Positions 29,106 to 39,534 of a stretch of 64,000 bases of DNA are shown here, piece by piece. Source of the DNA: a virus. Under the pieces are notes generated by a model. It worked only from the letters and a program-made list of their open reading frames with translations, was not told the origin of the DNA and ran no database searches. Numbering within the stretch: the stretch's first letter is position 1; every line of letters starts with the position of its first letter. The stretch lies in IMG/VR virus record IMGVR_UViG_3300012940_000022, positions 24,793 to 88,792 of that record, one strand, 5' to 3'. The translations under genes were made by a program, and so were the position numbers.

Positions 29106-29816
29106 CCTGTTCGCGCCGGAAACGTTAGATTCGCTAGTCGTTACCGGCGCGGCGCAACCGATCGACCAGGCTTTCGATGAGAACGTGACCGCAAGCGATG
29201 AGCGCGATATCGACCGCGTGCTTCACTCCTTCGGCAACATCGGCCACACTGATTGACAGGAGACCGCCACCTCGGAGAAGCGAAATAACCGGGCATAGCA
29301 CTTCGATGACAAGCCACGAGCTTACGAAGAACATGTGGTCCTCCATGAGGCTTGTGCACCGCTTGAGGGTCGATCATGTGCTTGACACTCGAAGCTGGCG
29401 GACCTACGATCACTGCACGTGAATCGACCGAGCGGGCAGCACGGACGATTGCGGTATTGGGCTCCCGGCGGGTGTGTTAGGGTCACTGCCGGGGCCCAAT
29501 CGTTTTATTCGGATACCTCCTTCTCGCCAGCATATTCATTGTTGCAGGTTGCTGCCGATAGTTGCCCCCATTGTCAATCCCTAGCTTACGCAACCCACGC
29601 ATCTTCGTTTGGAGACGAAGAGCGTTAGGTTCGTCTTGACAAAGTCCGAAATACCGCCCTTCCAATAGATAGGATAGATATGAAGGGTCGGGACCAGACA
29701 ACACCAAGGAACGCGAGAGCGAACGCTCATGATTGCGGTGTTGGATGGAGGATTCGATGGTCAGCTCGAATACCCGACCTCAAAAAAGCTGTAAGAGTAA
29801 GGAGGTGAAGGGGTCG

Positions 29817-30146
29817 ATGCCACTCGACCCTGATATTGGATGGCCGTACCGGTGCTCGGATGACGAAGTCGTCAAAGTCCTTACGGCGCGGCACACGATG
29901 GTGAGGTTCTGGGCGGAGGGCATTGAAGGAGATCACAACCTTCTTCTTTACCTCGGACACATAGTGGGTGAGCTACGTTTCAACATGTCCACAACAGATG
30001 GAACGCCTGAAGAGCTGGACAGAGTGGCATGGTTCGCTTGCTTCGTCGGCCGACTCCACTTCATCAAAGAAAAGCAGGTGCCCGGTCAGGACTTTGACTT
30101 GCCAATTCTTCCACAGCGCGAAGGGTCAAGGCGCCTACCGAAATAA
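29817..30146 (+). CDS. Hypothetical protein (moron)
   Basis: AAGGAGGTG RBS before ATG 29817. Confidence 0.6.
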   Translation: MPLDPDIGWPYRCSDDEVVKVLTARHTMVRFWAEGIEGDHNLLLYLGHIVGELRFNMSTTDGTPEELDRVAWFACFVGRLHFIKEKQVPGQDFDLPILPQREGSRRLPK

Positions 30147-30321
30147 CTGTCAGACGACCCGTTGTCCCGCCCTTCCACCGAGGAGCGGGCGAGAGGGGAT
30201 CACTCAGTGAAACCGATCTCGTTCGCTTCAATGGTGTAGCTGACCAACGTTTCGTAGGGCGTTCCTACGATAGCGAGCGGTACTCCGCCAAAATCTGGCT
30301 AGAGGAGGTGAGACCGTACGG

Positions 30322-30690
30322 ATGGCGAACCCTATACCGTACAGTGCAAGTACACCGGCGCAGGGACGACCCAAGTCGTTCCATCGTGTGTGCAGTGTAA
30401 TTCCACTGACGCAGGGAGGAACCGAGTCGTCCCATCTCGACGAACTCGACAAACTCGTCAGCCTTCTGGCTGAGATTTGCAGCGAGCTCAAGGAGATGAG
30501 CACGAGCGACTCCGTCTCTCGGCTGAATTTACCTGACGGCCGATACTGGTACCTGACCAGATCTCTGCCTTCGTGGATGGTAAATCTCGCACCAAATGGT
30601 GCCGAGTTGTCTACCGAGGGTCGAGAAGTGTACGCAGCAGTTCTCTCGGAACTCCGTGAATTCATGGAAGAGTGTCGACCAAGGTGTTGA
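30322..30690 (+). CDS. Hypothetical protein (moron)
   Basis: AGGAGGTG RBS. Confidence 0.55.
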   Translation: MANPIPYSASTPAQGRPKSFHRVCSVIPLTQGGTESSHLDELDKLVSLLAEICSELKEMSTSDSVSRLNLPDGRYWYLTRSLPSWMVNLAPNGAELSTEGREVYAAVLSELREFMEECRPRC

Positions 30691-30794
30691 CACGATTCAC
30701 TCGAAGGAGACGTTGACATCATGCACGGTAGATTCGAGCCCATTGTTCTAACCGGCGGTCCTGAATGGTCATCTTTGCGGGAAGGTGACTAGTT

Positions 30795-30871
30795 AGGTCT
30801 GGTTTAGCCGTCCAGCTAAACCAGACCTGAAATGATTGACGGGTCCCGTACCGGAGAGGCGGGACCCGTCA
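30795..30871. repeat. Two adjacent perfect inverted repeats (14-bp and 12-bp stems)
   Basis: aggtctggtttagc/gctaaaccagacct 30795-30828; tgacgggtcccg/cgggacccgtca 30837-30871. Confidence 0.85.
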
Positions 30872-31032
30872 CATCTCGCGAGAGGTGGACGTCTTTAGCC
30901 TTCCTCACTCGAATTGAGCTTGAGGCACTTTATTGGCATCGATCGGCGGCACGTCAATCACTTCTTAATGACTCCTAGGTTTGGAATCTGCGTCACCTAA
31001 TCGCCGCCCACCTCTATCTGCCTGCTTAGGTC

Positions 31033-31079
31033 AAAAGTGCCCCGATTTCTCCGAATAAGTCGACAGCGTTTTCCATACT
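31033..31079 (+). promoter_or_regulatory. Late-promoter motif and -10 before tape measure gene
   Basis: AAAAGTG-CCC-CGATTTC 31033-31049; CATACT 31074-31079 (24-bp gap); flanks nearly identical to the 25904 site. Confidence 0.7.
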
Positions 31080-31278
31080 GAAGCCATCACTCGCCTGACT
31101 AACGCCCAGGTGAGACCGTCCGTTTTCGACGCGACCACCGTCAAAAGCGCAGCCCACCAGCACCAAAGCGCGACGCGTGACAAACCGCACTCAGTTTTGA
31201 GTCAAGCGGGGCGTTCGCGGTCGCTGCTCTCCCGGTGACGCCAGCTCCGCGCTGCCGTTATCCGGCGGCAGGCGCGCT

Positions 31279-34200
31279 GTGGCTGGCTACAACATCGGCA
31301 CCGCGACCGCGACGATCGAGGTCGATACCAAGCAGGGCATCGCTGCCCTCCGCTCGTTCGCCAAGGAATTCGGCGGGCTCGAGCAGCAAACCCGCGGACT
31401 CAATCAGACCCTCAACAACGTCGCCGTGCAGGGGCTCGGCAAAGGCCTCGCCGGATTCGGCCTCGCCATCGCCGGCGGCTTCGGGCTGGCGATCAACTCT
31501 GCGGCGAACTTCGAGCAGGGCATGTCCAACGTCCGGGCTGCGCTCAGCAGCACGAACGATGGAGCGGGCCTCACCAAAGAACAGTTCAAGGCCCTCAACG
31601 ACGAAGCCCTCCGGATCGGAGCCACTACCTCGGCGAGCGCCACCGAAGCGGCCTCGGCGATGGAAGTCCTGGCGAAGGCCGGCGCCAGCACCGAGACGAT
31701 CCTCAACGGCGGCGCCCAGGCCGCGGTCAACATCTCCGAGGCGACGGGCGAAAGCCTGAACCAGAGCGCCGAGACCATGGCCTCGGTCTCGAATCTGTTC
31801 GCCGATACCGGGATCACGGCCGCACAGATCGCTGACGTCATCGTCAACGGCATGGGGCAGTCGAACGCCAGTCTGTCCGAATTCCAGACCGGCATTGCCC
31901 GACTCGCCCCGGTGATCGCCGCGACCGGCATGAGCTTCGAGGAATCGGCCGCCGCGATCGCCTACTTCAACGCCCGCGGGTTCTCCGCGGCTGAAGTTGG
32001 CACCAGTCTCACCAGCGCCTTCACGCGCCTCGCCAATCCGACGGATGAAGCCGCCGCCAAGATGGGCGAGCTCGGCATCAGCGCGTTCGACGCCCAGGGC
32101 AACTTCGTCGGCTTCCCGAGCCTGATGGACCAGGTGCAAACGGCCACGGCCGGGATGTCCGAAGAAGCGAAAGCGGCTGCCATTTCGCTGATCTTCGGCG
32201 CGGACGGCATGGACCTGTTTGCCGATGCCGCCAAGACGGGCGGCGATGGCCTGCGGGAAACCACCGATGAGATGGGCGTTGCCGGATCGGCTGCCGAGCA
32301 GGCCGCCATCCGGATGGACAACTTCCGGGGCTCCGTCGAGCAACTCAAGGGTGCGATCGAAACGCTCTTGATCACCGTCGGCTCACGGCTCCTCCCGGTC
32401 GTGCGCGAGGTCGCGGACGGCGCGAGCGGTCTCGTCACCGCGTTTCTCGGATTGTCCGAAGGAACCCAGACCGTGATCGCTGGGGCAGCCGGCGTGGCTG
32501 GCGCGCTCTCGCTCGCCGCCGGCGGTTTCATCCTGATCGCGCCGCGGATTCAGGAGACGGTCAAGGCCTACCAGGCGCTGCGCGCCGCACAGCTCGGGCT
32601 GCTCGGACCGGTCGGCCTCGGAATCGCCGCGGTCGGGCTCTTCGCGCTGGCGATCCATAAAAACATCTTCGGGCTGGGCGACGGCTTCCACGCCGTGACG
32701 TCGACCGTTTCGGACATCATCGACCGGTTCAAGGTCCTCAACAGGACAGTCTCGAACGTCAAGGGACGGGGATTCACCGACGCGTTCGGCAATGTCGCCG
32801 TCCTCCGTGATGCCTACCAGGGACTGACGCAGATCGAGCGGGTGTTCGCGGTCCTCGGTGACGCGATCGAGGATGTGACCGGCCTGCCGGTTGCCGGCTT
32901 CTTTGCCGAGCTCGGTACATCCATTCAGCGCCCGGTCGATGGCGTCCTCAAAATGTGGGACGCGCTGACGCGCATCAACGCCGCGTTCCGAGACAACGGC
33001 ATCAGGGCCGGGTTCGACGCCCTCTTCGGTTCCGGCGGGCGAAAACTCCTCGCCGGGTTCGGCGACACACTCGGGTCGCTTCCGAAGCTGCTCGGCAAGA
33101 GCCTGCTTCAGATCAGCACCGGCTTTGCCCCGGTCGATCGCGCCATCCACGACATCGGGCAAAACCTGGTCGACGTTGGGCGCCTGGCCCAGGAAGTGTT
33201 CAGTGGAGACATCCGCGGCGCTCTGACCGTTCTCGAGCGCCTGCTGCTCCGCTCATTCCTCGGGCCGATCAAGAACGCCCTCCGCACGATCGACGAGCTG
33301 TTTGGCACCAACCTCTTCGGCGGATTCAACAAGCTCTTCGCTCCGATCCAGGACACGATCGATTCCGTTTTTGGTTCCCTCGGCGATGCGCTGACCGGGT
33401 TGACGGGCCGGTGGGGCAAGTCCTTCGGCAAGATGGGCGACGCCCTCAAGGACATTGGCAAGGCCTTCACCAAGGGCGGGCTGCGGAAGGGGTTTGACGC
33501 GCTCTTCGGGAAGAGCGGTCGCAAGCTGCTCACCGGGTTCGGCGACACGGTCTCCGCCATTCCGAAGGCATTCGGCGAGTTCCTGCGCGGGATCGAGACG
33601 CCGTGGGGCAGCGTCAACACCCTGCTCGACGGAACCGGCGATGTCCTAAATGACATCGGGCGCCTGGCTCAGGAGGTCTTCGCGGGCGATTTCGCCGGCG
33701 CCCTCACCGTCGGCAAGCGCCTGCTCGGCGACACGATCGACCTGGGCAAGGACTTCGTGTCCGGCTTCCTCGCGAACGCGCGGACCGCAGTTGGGCTGCT
33801 CGGCGATGCGATCCGCTCGATCGACTGGGGAGCCATTGCGTCCGGTATCGGCGACTTCGCGAGCGATGCGTGGTCAGCGATCCAGAACGGCATCTCGCTT
33901 GCCTGGGACCAGATCACGGATCTCAACTGGGACAACTACATCGACAAAATCCAGGACTTTGCCGGATTGGTTGCCGGGAAGATCAAAGACCTTCCATGGG
34001 GCGACTACATCGATAAGATCCAGGATTTTGCGGGCCTCGTCGCAGGCAGAGTCAAAGACTTGCCGTGGGGCGATTACATCACGGCCATCGAGGACCTTGG
34101 TGCCATCGTCGGAGGAAAGATCAAGGATCTTCCGTGGGCCGACTATCTCGGGACCGCGATCGATCTCGGGGCGAAAGTCAGCGAAAAGATCAAGGAGTTG

Positions 34201-36246
34201 CCGTGGGGCGATTACGTCACCGCTGTCACCGACCTCGGCGCTCTGATTGCCGGCAAGATTTCAAGTCTCCCGTGGGGCGACTATATATCAGCGGTTGAGG
34301 ACCTCGGCACCCTAATTGCCGCAAAGATCAGCAGTCTACCCTGGGCTGACTATCTCGGCGAAACCGTTGATCTCGGCGCAAAAGTAGCCGAGAAGATCAC
34401 GTCACTGCCTTGGGGTGATTATCTCGGCGAGGCCATCGATCTGGCCGGTCTGGTCTCGACCAAGATCGTGTCACTTCCGTGGGGCGATTACATCACCGCA
34501 ATCGAAGATCTGTCATCGTTGGTTGCGGCCAAAATCAGTTCGCTTCCATGGAGCGACTTTATAGGTAAGGTCGAGGACCTCGGCACGGTACTCGGCGCAA
34601 AAATCCTACAGCTCGAGTGGTCGGCATTCGTCACTCTTCTCGAATGGAGCACCTACGTCCCCTCCCTTGTCTGGAGCGACCTGACTCCGAGTCTGACTTG
34701 GCGAGACTTCGTGCCAGGGATGACGTGGGAGAGTTTCATCATTGCGCCGGTTTGGACGTCGTTCATTCCGGGTCTCTCCTGGGCCAGCTACATTTCTGTC
34801 GCAATTTGGAGCGACTACGTCAATCCGCTCGATTGGGTCGATTGGCTGACCAGCCTTTCCTGGGGCGACTACGTTTCCAACTTGAGTTGGGGCGACTTTG
34901 TTCCAACTATTTCCTGGACATCATTTATTCCAGGCTTGAGCTGGCTCACCTACCTTCCTCTTGGATTCTCATGGAACGACTTCATTCCGGGCGTAGCTTG
35001 GACCGACTACATTCCGGCAGATTTGTCCTGGAGCGACTTCGTTCCCACCGTGACCTGGTCAACATTCATTCCCGGGAACCTCTCCTGGGATACGTTTATT
35101 TCGGCTCTTTCTTGGACAAGCTTTATCCCGGCGCAACTGGACTGGGTGCTGTTCATATCGAGCGTTGCATGGCGTGACTACATCCCATTCGACGTGAACT
35201 GGAGCGGAGTAATCCCGAATCTGACTTGGAGCGACTTCGTCCCGGATATCTCGTGGGGCGATTACATTCCAAGCTTTTCATGGCCGAGCAAAGACGACAT
35301 CCTCAAAGCCCTTATTGGAGCTGTTACTGGTGATGGCGCAAATTCGAATGAGCTGCCAGGCGGCATCGAAATACCGGATCCGAATGCACCACCCACTTCA
35401 ACACCACCCCTAACGAACGATGGGGCATCCGTGCTCGCCGGTATAGATGTGCAAGGGCTATCCAATGTCGTCGCGGATCTCTATAAACTGGGTCAGCAAG
35501 AGAACCTATTCAAAGCAGTTTTCACGGCTGACTACACTGCCGTCGACAAAGCGTCGCAAGTGGCATGGACACTCGGAAACTCGTGGGCCAGTGCGCCTCC
35601 GTTTCAAGCGACCTTTTCGGCCCTGTATGACCTGGTAGATCGAGCATCAATCGTCTCGTGGACGCTTGGCGGTTCTTGGGCGCAATCTGTTCACACGGGA
35701 CAGTTCAACGGTGATCCCACTGGAGCCGATCGAGCGGCACAGACCGCGTTCTCGCTTGGCTATGCGTGGGATGCGCAGGTCTTCACCGCTTCGTTCTCGG
35801 TCGACGTTTCGAACGTTCTCAATGCCGTCGCGGTCGTGAGGCAGGCCGCGCAGGATATCAGCAACCTCCTGCCTCACAGCCCGGCGAAAGAGGGTCCTCT
35901 CTCAAGAGTTCCCGATTTTTCCTACATTTTGGATTCGCTCAAACGCTCATTCGACCCCATGGCCGGTGTCGCCGAGCGCGACCTTCAAGCGGTGCAGCGG
36001 CTTCTGGATGAAAAAATGAGCATCGCTCGACTCAATCAAATGGCTGCCGGCATTTCTCCGAACGGTTTCCGCTCCGGTGGGGTTATCAATAACTCCTACT
36101 ATCGTGCCGGCGACTCGATCGATGCGCGGACGCTCCAGCAATTGGCTCCGGAAGCGCTGCTCGAACTCCTGCGAAACGCCAGTCGCGGGGCCCAGGCTGC
36201 CGACGCCGTCGATGAAATCTCGTGGTCCGAATGGGATAGCGACTAA
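31279..36246 (+). CDS. Tail tape measure protein (TP901 core)
   Basis: FEQGMSNVRA, SATEAASAMEVLAKAG, AAEVGTSL, RMDNFRGSVEQLKGAIET; Trp repeats; LPHSPAKEGPLS. Confidence 0.95.
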   Translation: MAGYNIGTATATIEVDTKQGIAALRSFAKEFGGLEQQTRGLNQTLNNVAVQGLGKGLAGFGLAIAGGFGLAINSAANFEQGMSNVRAALSSTNDGAGLTKEQFKALNDEALRIGATTSASATEAASAMEVLAKAGASTETILNGGAQAAVNISEATGESLNQSAETMASVSNLFADTGITAAQIADVIVNGMGQSNASLSEFQTGIARLAPVIAATGMSFEESAAAIAYFNARGFSAAEVGTSLTSAFTRLANPTDEAAAKMGELGISAFDAQGNFVGFPSLMDQVQTATAGMSEEAKAAAISLIFGADGMDLFADAAKTGGDGLRETTDEMGVAGSAAEQAAIRMDNFRGSVEQLKGAIETLLITVGSRLLPVVREVADGASGLVTAFLGLSEGTQTVIAGAAGVAGALSLAAGGFILIAPRIQETVKAYQALRAAQLGLLGPVGLGIAAVGLFALAIHKNIFGLGDGFHAVTSTVSDIIDRFKVLNRTVSNVKGRGFTDAFGNVAVLRDAYQGLTQIERVFAVLGDAIEDVTGLPVAGFFAELGTSIQRPVDGVLKMWDALTRINAAFRDNGIRAGFDALFGSGGRKLLAGFGDTLGSLPKLLGKSLLQISTGFAPVDRAIHDIGQNLVDVGRLAQEVFSGDIRGALTVLERLLLRSFLGPIKNALRTIDELFGTNLFGGFNKLFAPIQDTIDSVFGSLGDALTGLTGRWGKSFGKMGDALKDIGKAFTKGGLRKGFDALFGKSGRKLLTGFGDTVSAIPKAFGEFLRGIETPWGSVNTLLDGTGDVLNDIGRLAQEVFAGDFAGALTVGKRLLGDTIDLGKDFVSGFLANARTAVGLLGDAIRSIDWGAIASGIGDFASDAWSAIQNGISLAWDQITDLNWDNYIDKIQDFAGLVAGKIKDLPWGDYIDKIQDFAGLVAGRVKDLPWGDYITAIEDLGAIVGGKIKDLPWADYLGTAIDLGAKVSEKIKELPWGDYVTAVTDLGALIAGKISSLPWGDYISAVEDLGTLIAAKISSLPWADYLGETVDLGAKVAEKITSLPWGDYLGEAIDLAGLVSTKIVSLPWGDYITAIEDLSSLVAAKISSLPWSDFIGKVEDLGTVLGAKILQLEWSAFVTLLEWSTYVPSLVWSDLTPSLTWRDFVPGMTWESFIIAPVWTSFIPGLSWASYISVAIWSDYVNPLDWVDWLTSLSWGDYVSNLSWGDFVPTISWTSFIPGLSWLTYLPLGFSWNDFIPGVAWTDYIPADLSWSDFVPTVTWSTFIPGNLSWDTFISALSWTSFIPAQLDWVLFISSVAWRDYIPFDVNWSGVIPNLTWSDFVPDISWGDYIPSFSWPSKDDILKALIGAVTGDGANSNELPGGIEIPDPNAPPTSTPPLTNDGASVLAGIDVQGLSNVVADLYKLGQQENLFKAVFTADYTAVDKASQVAWTLGNSWASAPPFQATFSALYDLVDRASIVSWTLGGSWAQSVHTGQFNGDPTGADRAAQTAFSLGYAWDAQVFTASFSVDVSNVLNAVAVVRQAAQDISNLLPHSPAKEGPLSRVPDFSYILDSLKRSFDPMAGVAERDLQAVQRLLDEKMSIARLNQMAAGISPNGFRSGGVINNSYYRAGDSIDARTLQQLAPEALLELLRNASRGAQAADAVDEISWSEWDSD

Positions 36247-36258
36247 ATCTCCAGCGAG

Positions 36259-36858
36259 CTAAACCGAACGGTATTTTCCGGCAATGTATGCAGCGATGTC
36301 ATCGCATGCATTTATTTCAGTGCTCGCCCCGTCGGTCAGCTCGACTGCGCCTTGCGCTTTCACATAGATCAGGAGGTCAGGATCAACAGCGTAGCTTCCT
36401 CCGCACATCGGCTCGAAGAGAAAGTATTCAGTTCCATCAACGCGTTCAGCGTCAACCACACCGGCAGGGAGAGGCATTTCATCCAGCTCGATTCGGCGAC
36501 CAGAAGGGATGTCGAACTGATCGTCGTATTGGTCGCGGTCGACCCATCCCGTAACAAGATCCCAGGCATCATTGCTGGAAGCCCGATTGGTCTTGTTTTG
36601 AAGGATGACGATCATGACTCGACGTCCGGCCGGACCGCCAAAGTAACGCCCGAAGCCGTCTGCAATATAGTCATTGTTCGTAGCATTCGGAAGATAACTA
36701 TCCTCCGTCCATCCCGGACCGAACGTAGCGGCTATCGGCATTATTTGACTGAGCGGATACTGGCTCTCGTAGCTGGCTGTCGGCGTCGCCTCTTGAGCCA
36801 CGGCGCCCACTGGTGCCAGTAAAACGACGAGCATGAATAACGCGGACAATCGACGCAC
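36259..36858 (-). CDS. Secreted hypothetical protein
   Basis: AAGGAGG RBS; signal peptide then AQEATP. Confidence 0.8.
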   Translation of the reverse strand: MRRLSALFMLVVLLAPVGAVAQEATPTASYESQYPLSQIMPIAATFGPGWTEDSYLPNATNNDYIADGFGRYFGGPAGRRVMIVILQNKTNRASSNDAWDLVTGWVDRDQYDDQFDIPSGRRIELDEMPLPAGVVDAERVDGTEYFLFEPMCGGSYAVDPDLLIYVKAQGAVELTDGASTEINACDDIAAYIAGKYRSV

Positions 36859-36890
36859 GATAATTCCCCTCCTTCGATCTCGGCAGTAGT

Positions 36891-37955
36891 TTATGGATTG
36901 TTCCCCGGAGCCACGACGATGCTGAAAACCTCACGGGTGACCTCGTCATAGTTGAAGATCACGATGAAGGTGCCTGGCGCCTCTCCCATCCACACATCAA
37001 AGTCGGCGTACTCAAGTCGAGGTATGAGCGACTGGCTGTTGTAGACGCGTACGGTTGAAAAGGTCTGAGGGTAGTATTCGTCAACAAGGATCGAATCGGG
37101 AGGGATCAACGCGGCAGCGAGGTCTTCAGCGGTCGAGAACGGAATATTCGGCACTTGATAAGTGAGATTCCAGACATTGCCGTTTATGTACGAAACGATG
37201 AAGCTATAGTCAGTTTGATAGCCATACACTTCAAATCCTGGGAAAGACACGTTTGGATTAGCTGAACCGTGGACTCGCTCCCAATCGGCCCGCGACTGTC
37301 CGATTCCAGATGAATAACCCGACACTCCAGATTCCGGAGCTTCCGTGGGTGTCGGCTCCGGACGTGGAGTCGGAGTCGGTTTAGGTGGAGAGGTCGGTTC
37401 CGGCGTCAATACCGCTGCTGAAATGTGAAGCGTGTGGCAAACATCCCAGAGTCCGCGCCCTTTGATGCGAGCGTCGAGTTCAGCTTTCTCGAGATTATCG
37501 AAATATTTCGGCGAGTCTTGTCCATCATCGAATCCGGCATAGCCGTCGCGAACCATTTTCGTATTGATAAGCAGCGCTTTGGCCCCGTTGGAACCTGGTA
37601 GCCAGACATAGCGAACCCGAAGCGATCCGTATTCATCGGCAGTGCCAGACTGCTCAAGATAAACGATTGTCCCGACCGGGAGTAAATCGGCGAGATATTC
37701 AGTGGATTCCTGAAAGAAGCACTCGTCGGATTCGGGAGCATCAATTCCTGCGAGCAAGACTTGCACAGCCCCATCAGGTGCTTGAACGTCGATTTTGTCG
37801 CCATCAATGATGCCGGACACTGTCGCTGGTTTCGCTGCTGCAGGTACTCCCAAGGGCAAGGCGGCGGGACTAGCACCCGGCGTCGCTTCTTGCGCGAACA
37901 CAACACTCGGCATCGCCAACAGTGCCAGTACGCTCCAAATCAACCAGCGCCGCAT
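36891..37955 (-). CDS. Secreted thermonuclease-like protein with unknown C-terminal domain
   Basis: Signal then QEATPGASPAA; DGDK, GIDAPE, MVRDGYA, GLW; PT linker. Confidence 0.88.
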   Translation of the reverse strand: MRRWLIWSVLALLAMPSVVFAQEATPGASPAALPLGVPAAAKPATVSGIIDGDKIDVQAPDGAVQVLLAGIDAPESDECFFQESTEYLADLLPVGTIVYLEQSGTADEYGSLRVRYVWLPGSNGAKALLINTKMVRDGYAGFDDGQDSPKYFDNLEKAELDARIKGRGLWDVCHTLHISAAVLTPEPTSPPKPTPTPRPEPTPTEAPESGVSGYSSGIGQSRADWERVHGSANPNVSFPGFEVYGYQTDYSFIVSYINGNVWNLTYQVPNIPFSTAEDLAAALIPPDSILVDEYYPQTFSTVRVYNSQSLIPRLEYADFDVWMGEAPGTFIVIFNYDEVTREVFSIVVAPGNNP

Positions 37956-38131
37956 AGAAACTCCCCTCGCCTGATGACGAGGGGAGTGTGCCGAATTCGA
38001 TGGCGTTCTGCAAATCGGTCAGAATCGTCAGCCGGAAGGTGCACAGCGTCTCATATTTTTCGAACTTTCACGTTATGATCTCAGTGGGAAGCGGATCGAA
38101 ACTCAAAACACACTCACCTAAGAAAGCCATC

Positions 38132-38851
38132 ATGAGCCAGGCAGTGTTTCCTCGAATCGATATCCTACGACACGGGATCGATAGGCTATTTGTGTCTATC
38201 TTTCTCGAAGACGTCGAGGATGTTTTCGAGGCGATACTGAACCAACTCAATGAGGTCAGTTCTAGCGACGATGCAAGCACTATTGCTCCCCACGGTATCC
38301 TTGGACTTTCAGAGCGATATGACTCGACTGAAGACCTTCGCCAGCTTTCATTCAATGCAGTGCTTGTTCACGGAACTGACCAGGAATCTCAAGAAAAGAA
38401 CATCATCCTAGTGCTTGAGTATGCTGCGGACGGTGTCGAGCCGCACATAACGATACGCAAGCCCGAGGATGGTGAAGCAGCGGCGGCAGAAGATGAGGAG
38501 GAACGGATTCTTGCTGCTATAGCATTGGTGCAGTCCTCTCAATCCATGCAAGTCGACGCACATTTTCAACTAGATGGAAATGCATGGTTTCCGCTGCCAA
38601 CCATCGTGTCAGCCGGACCCGAAAAGGCCGGGGAAGTCAGCATTCGAGGTATACGAGGTCAATGGAGTGGGCTGGAAGAGGATCCAAAGTCCTTCTCGTA
38701 TCAGCTGGAAACGCTTTCGGGGCGGATACTTGGTAGTGTGCGATTTCGGCAGCGGATTGATTTGAGTCCAGACATCACGAATCTTGCCCTGGAGACCTCT
38801 AATCGCTTGATCGCCCTGCTCGTGACCCCAAAGGCCGAGGAACTGCAATGA
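38132..38851 (+). CDS. Hypothetical protein, gene 1 of candidate TA/defence triad
   Basis: Acidic alpha/beta ORF coupled (ATGA) to next gene. Confidence 0.7.
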   Translation: MSQAVFPRIDILRHGIDRLFVSIFLEDVEDVFEAILNQLNEVSSSDDASTIAPHGILGLSERYDSTEDLRQLSFNAVLVHGTDQESQEKNIILVLEYAADGVEPHITIRKPEDGEAAAAEDEEERILAAIALVQSSQSMQVDAHFQLDGNAWFPLPTIVSAGPEKAGEVSIRGIRGQWSGLEEDPKSFSYQLETLSGRILGSVRFRQRIDLSPDITNLALETSNRLIALLVTPKAEELQ

Positions 38852-39534
38852 GTATATCGCGACCATTTCTCAATCAAATGCTTGTCGATCATGCGGGAAA
38901 AGAAGAGGACCTAGAGCCGGGCATCGAGTTCACATACCGTGGTAAAACGAAAACTCTCCGAATCGGAAACGTGGATTACCCACATGAATATTTTGGCGTC
39001 CCGTCGTCCGAACAAGACCGTGATACCGTCGTGTTTCGAGTCTCAAATCTTAGCGATATGATTGGAGCGCTCAAGGCTGGAGACTTACGCCAACTCCGCG
39101 AAGACATTGTTGAAGAAATTGCGATAGCGGACGGTGTCAGCCTCCCTCAAGAGCTTGTCTCAATCGCGAACCAGATCATTCGTTCCAGGCGCATCCTTGA
39201 CCTCCCGGAAGATTGGGACGGAGAAGGGAGCCCATCATTTGAGGAGGTAACTTGGTGGTGGGCTGCCTGGTTTATCACCAGAATGTCGCGTACCTTCTGG
39301 AACGAAACAAAGACTATCCTTCCAACGCCCTCAATCTATGAAGGTCCAGAAGGTTCCATTGACATTGTGTGGCGTAACGACAAGCGCCGGCTGCTGATCA
39401 ATATCGAAGCGCCTCCTTCGAATCGTCTCACGTATTCGGGCTTGGATACCGACGACCCTGATCTTGTATTCAACGGCAATGAGTTCGTAACCAGGATGGG
39501 CGATTGGATCGTTCGATGGCTGATGCTGCGCTAG
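38848..39534 (+). CDS. WDG-motif protein (candidate antitoxin)
   Basis: LPEDWDGEGS...PSIYEGPEGSIDIVW. Confidence 0.7.
   Translation: MSISRPFLNQMLVDHAGKEEDLEPGIEFTYRGKTKTLRIGNVDYPHEYFGVPSSEQDRDTVVFRVSNLSDMIGALKAGDLRQLREDIVEEIAIADGVSLPQELVSIANQIIRSRRILDLPEDWDGEGSPSFEEVTWWWAAWFITRMSRTFWNETKTILPTPSIYEGPEGSIDIVWRNDKRRLLINIEAPPSNRLTYSGLDTDDPDLVFNGNEFVTRMGDWIVRWLMLR

Noticed and set aside
29134-29720. Short ORFs after the chaperone terminator
   Set aside because: No convincing motifs; 29134-29346 (minus) is possible but unsupported
33900-35290. Regularly spaced repeats resembling a CRISPR array
   Set aside because: They are in-frame protein repeats of the tape measure gene with synonymous variation; no unique spacers or cas genes
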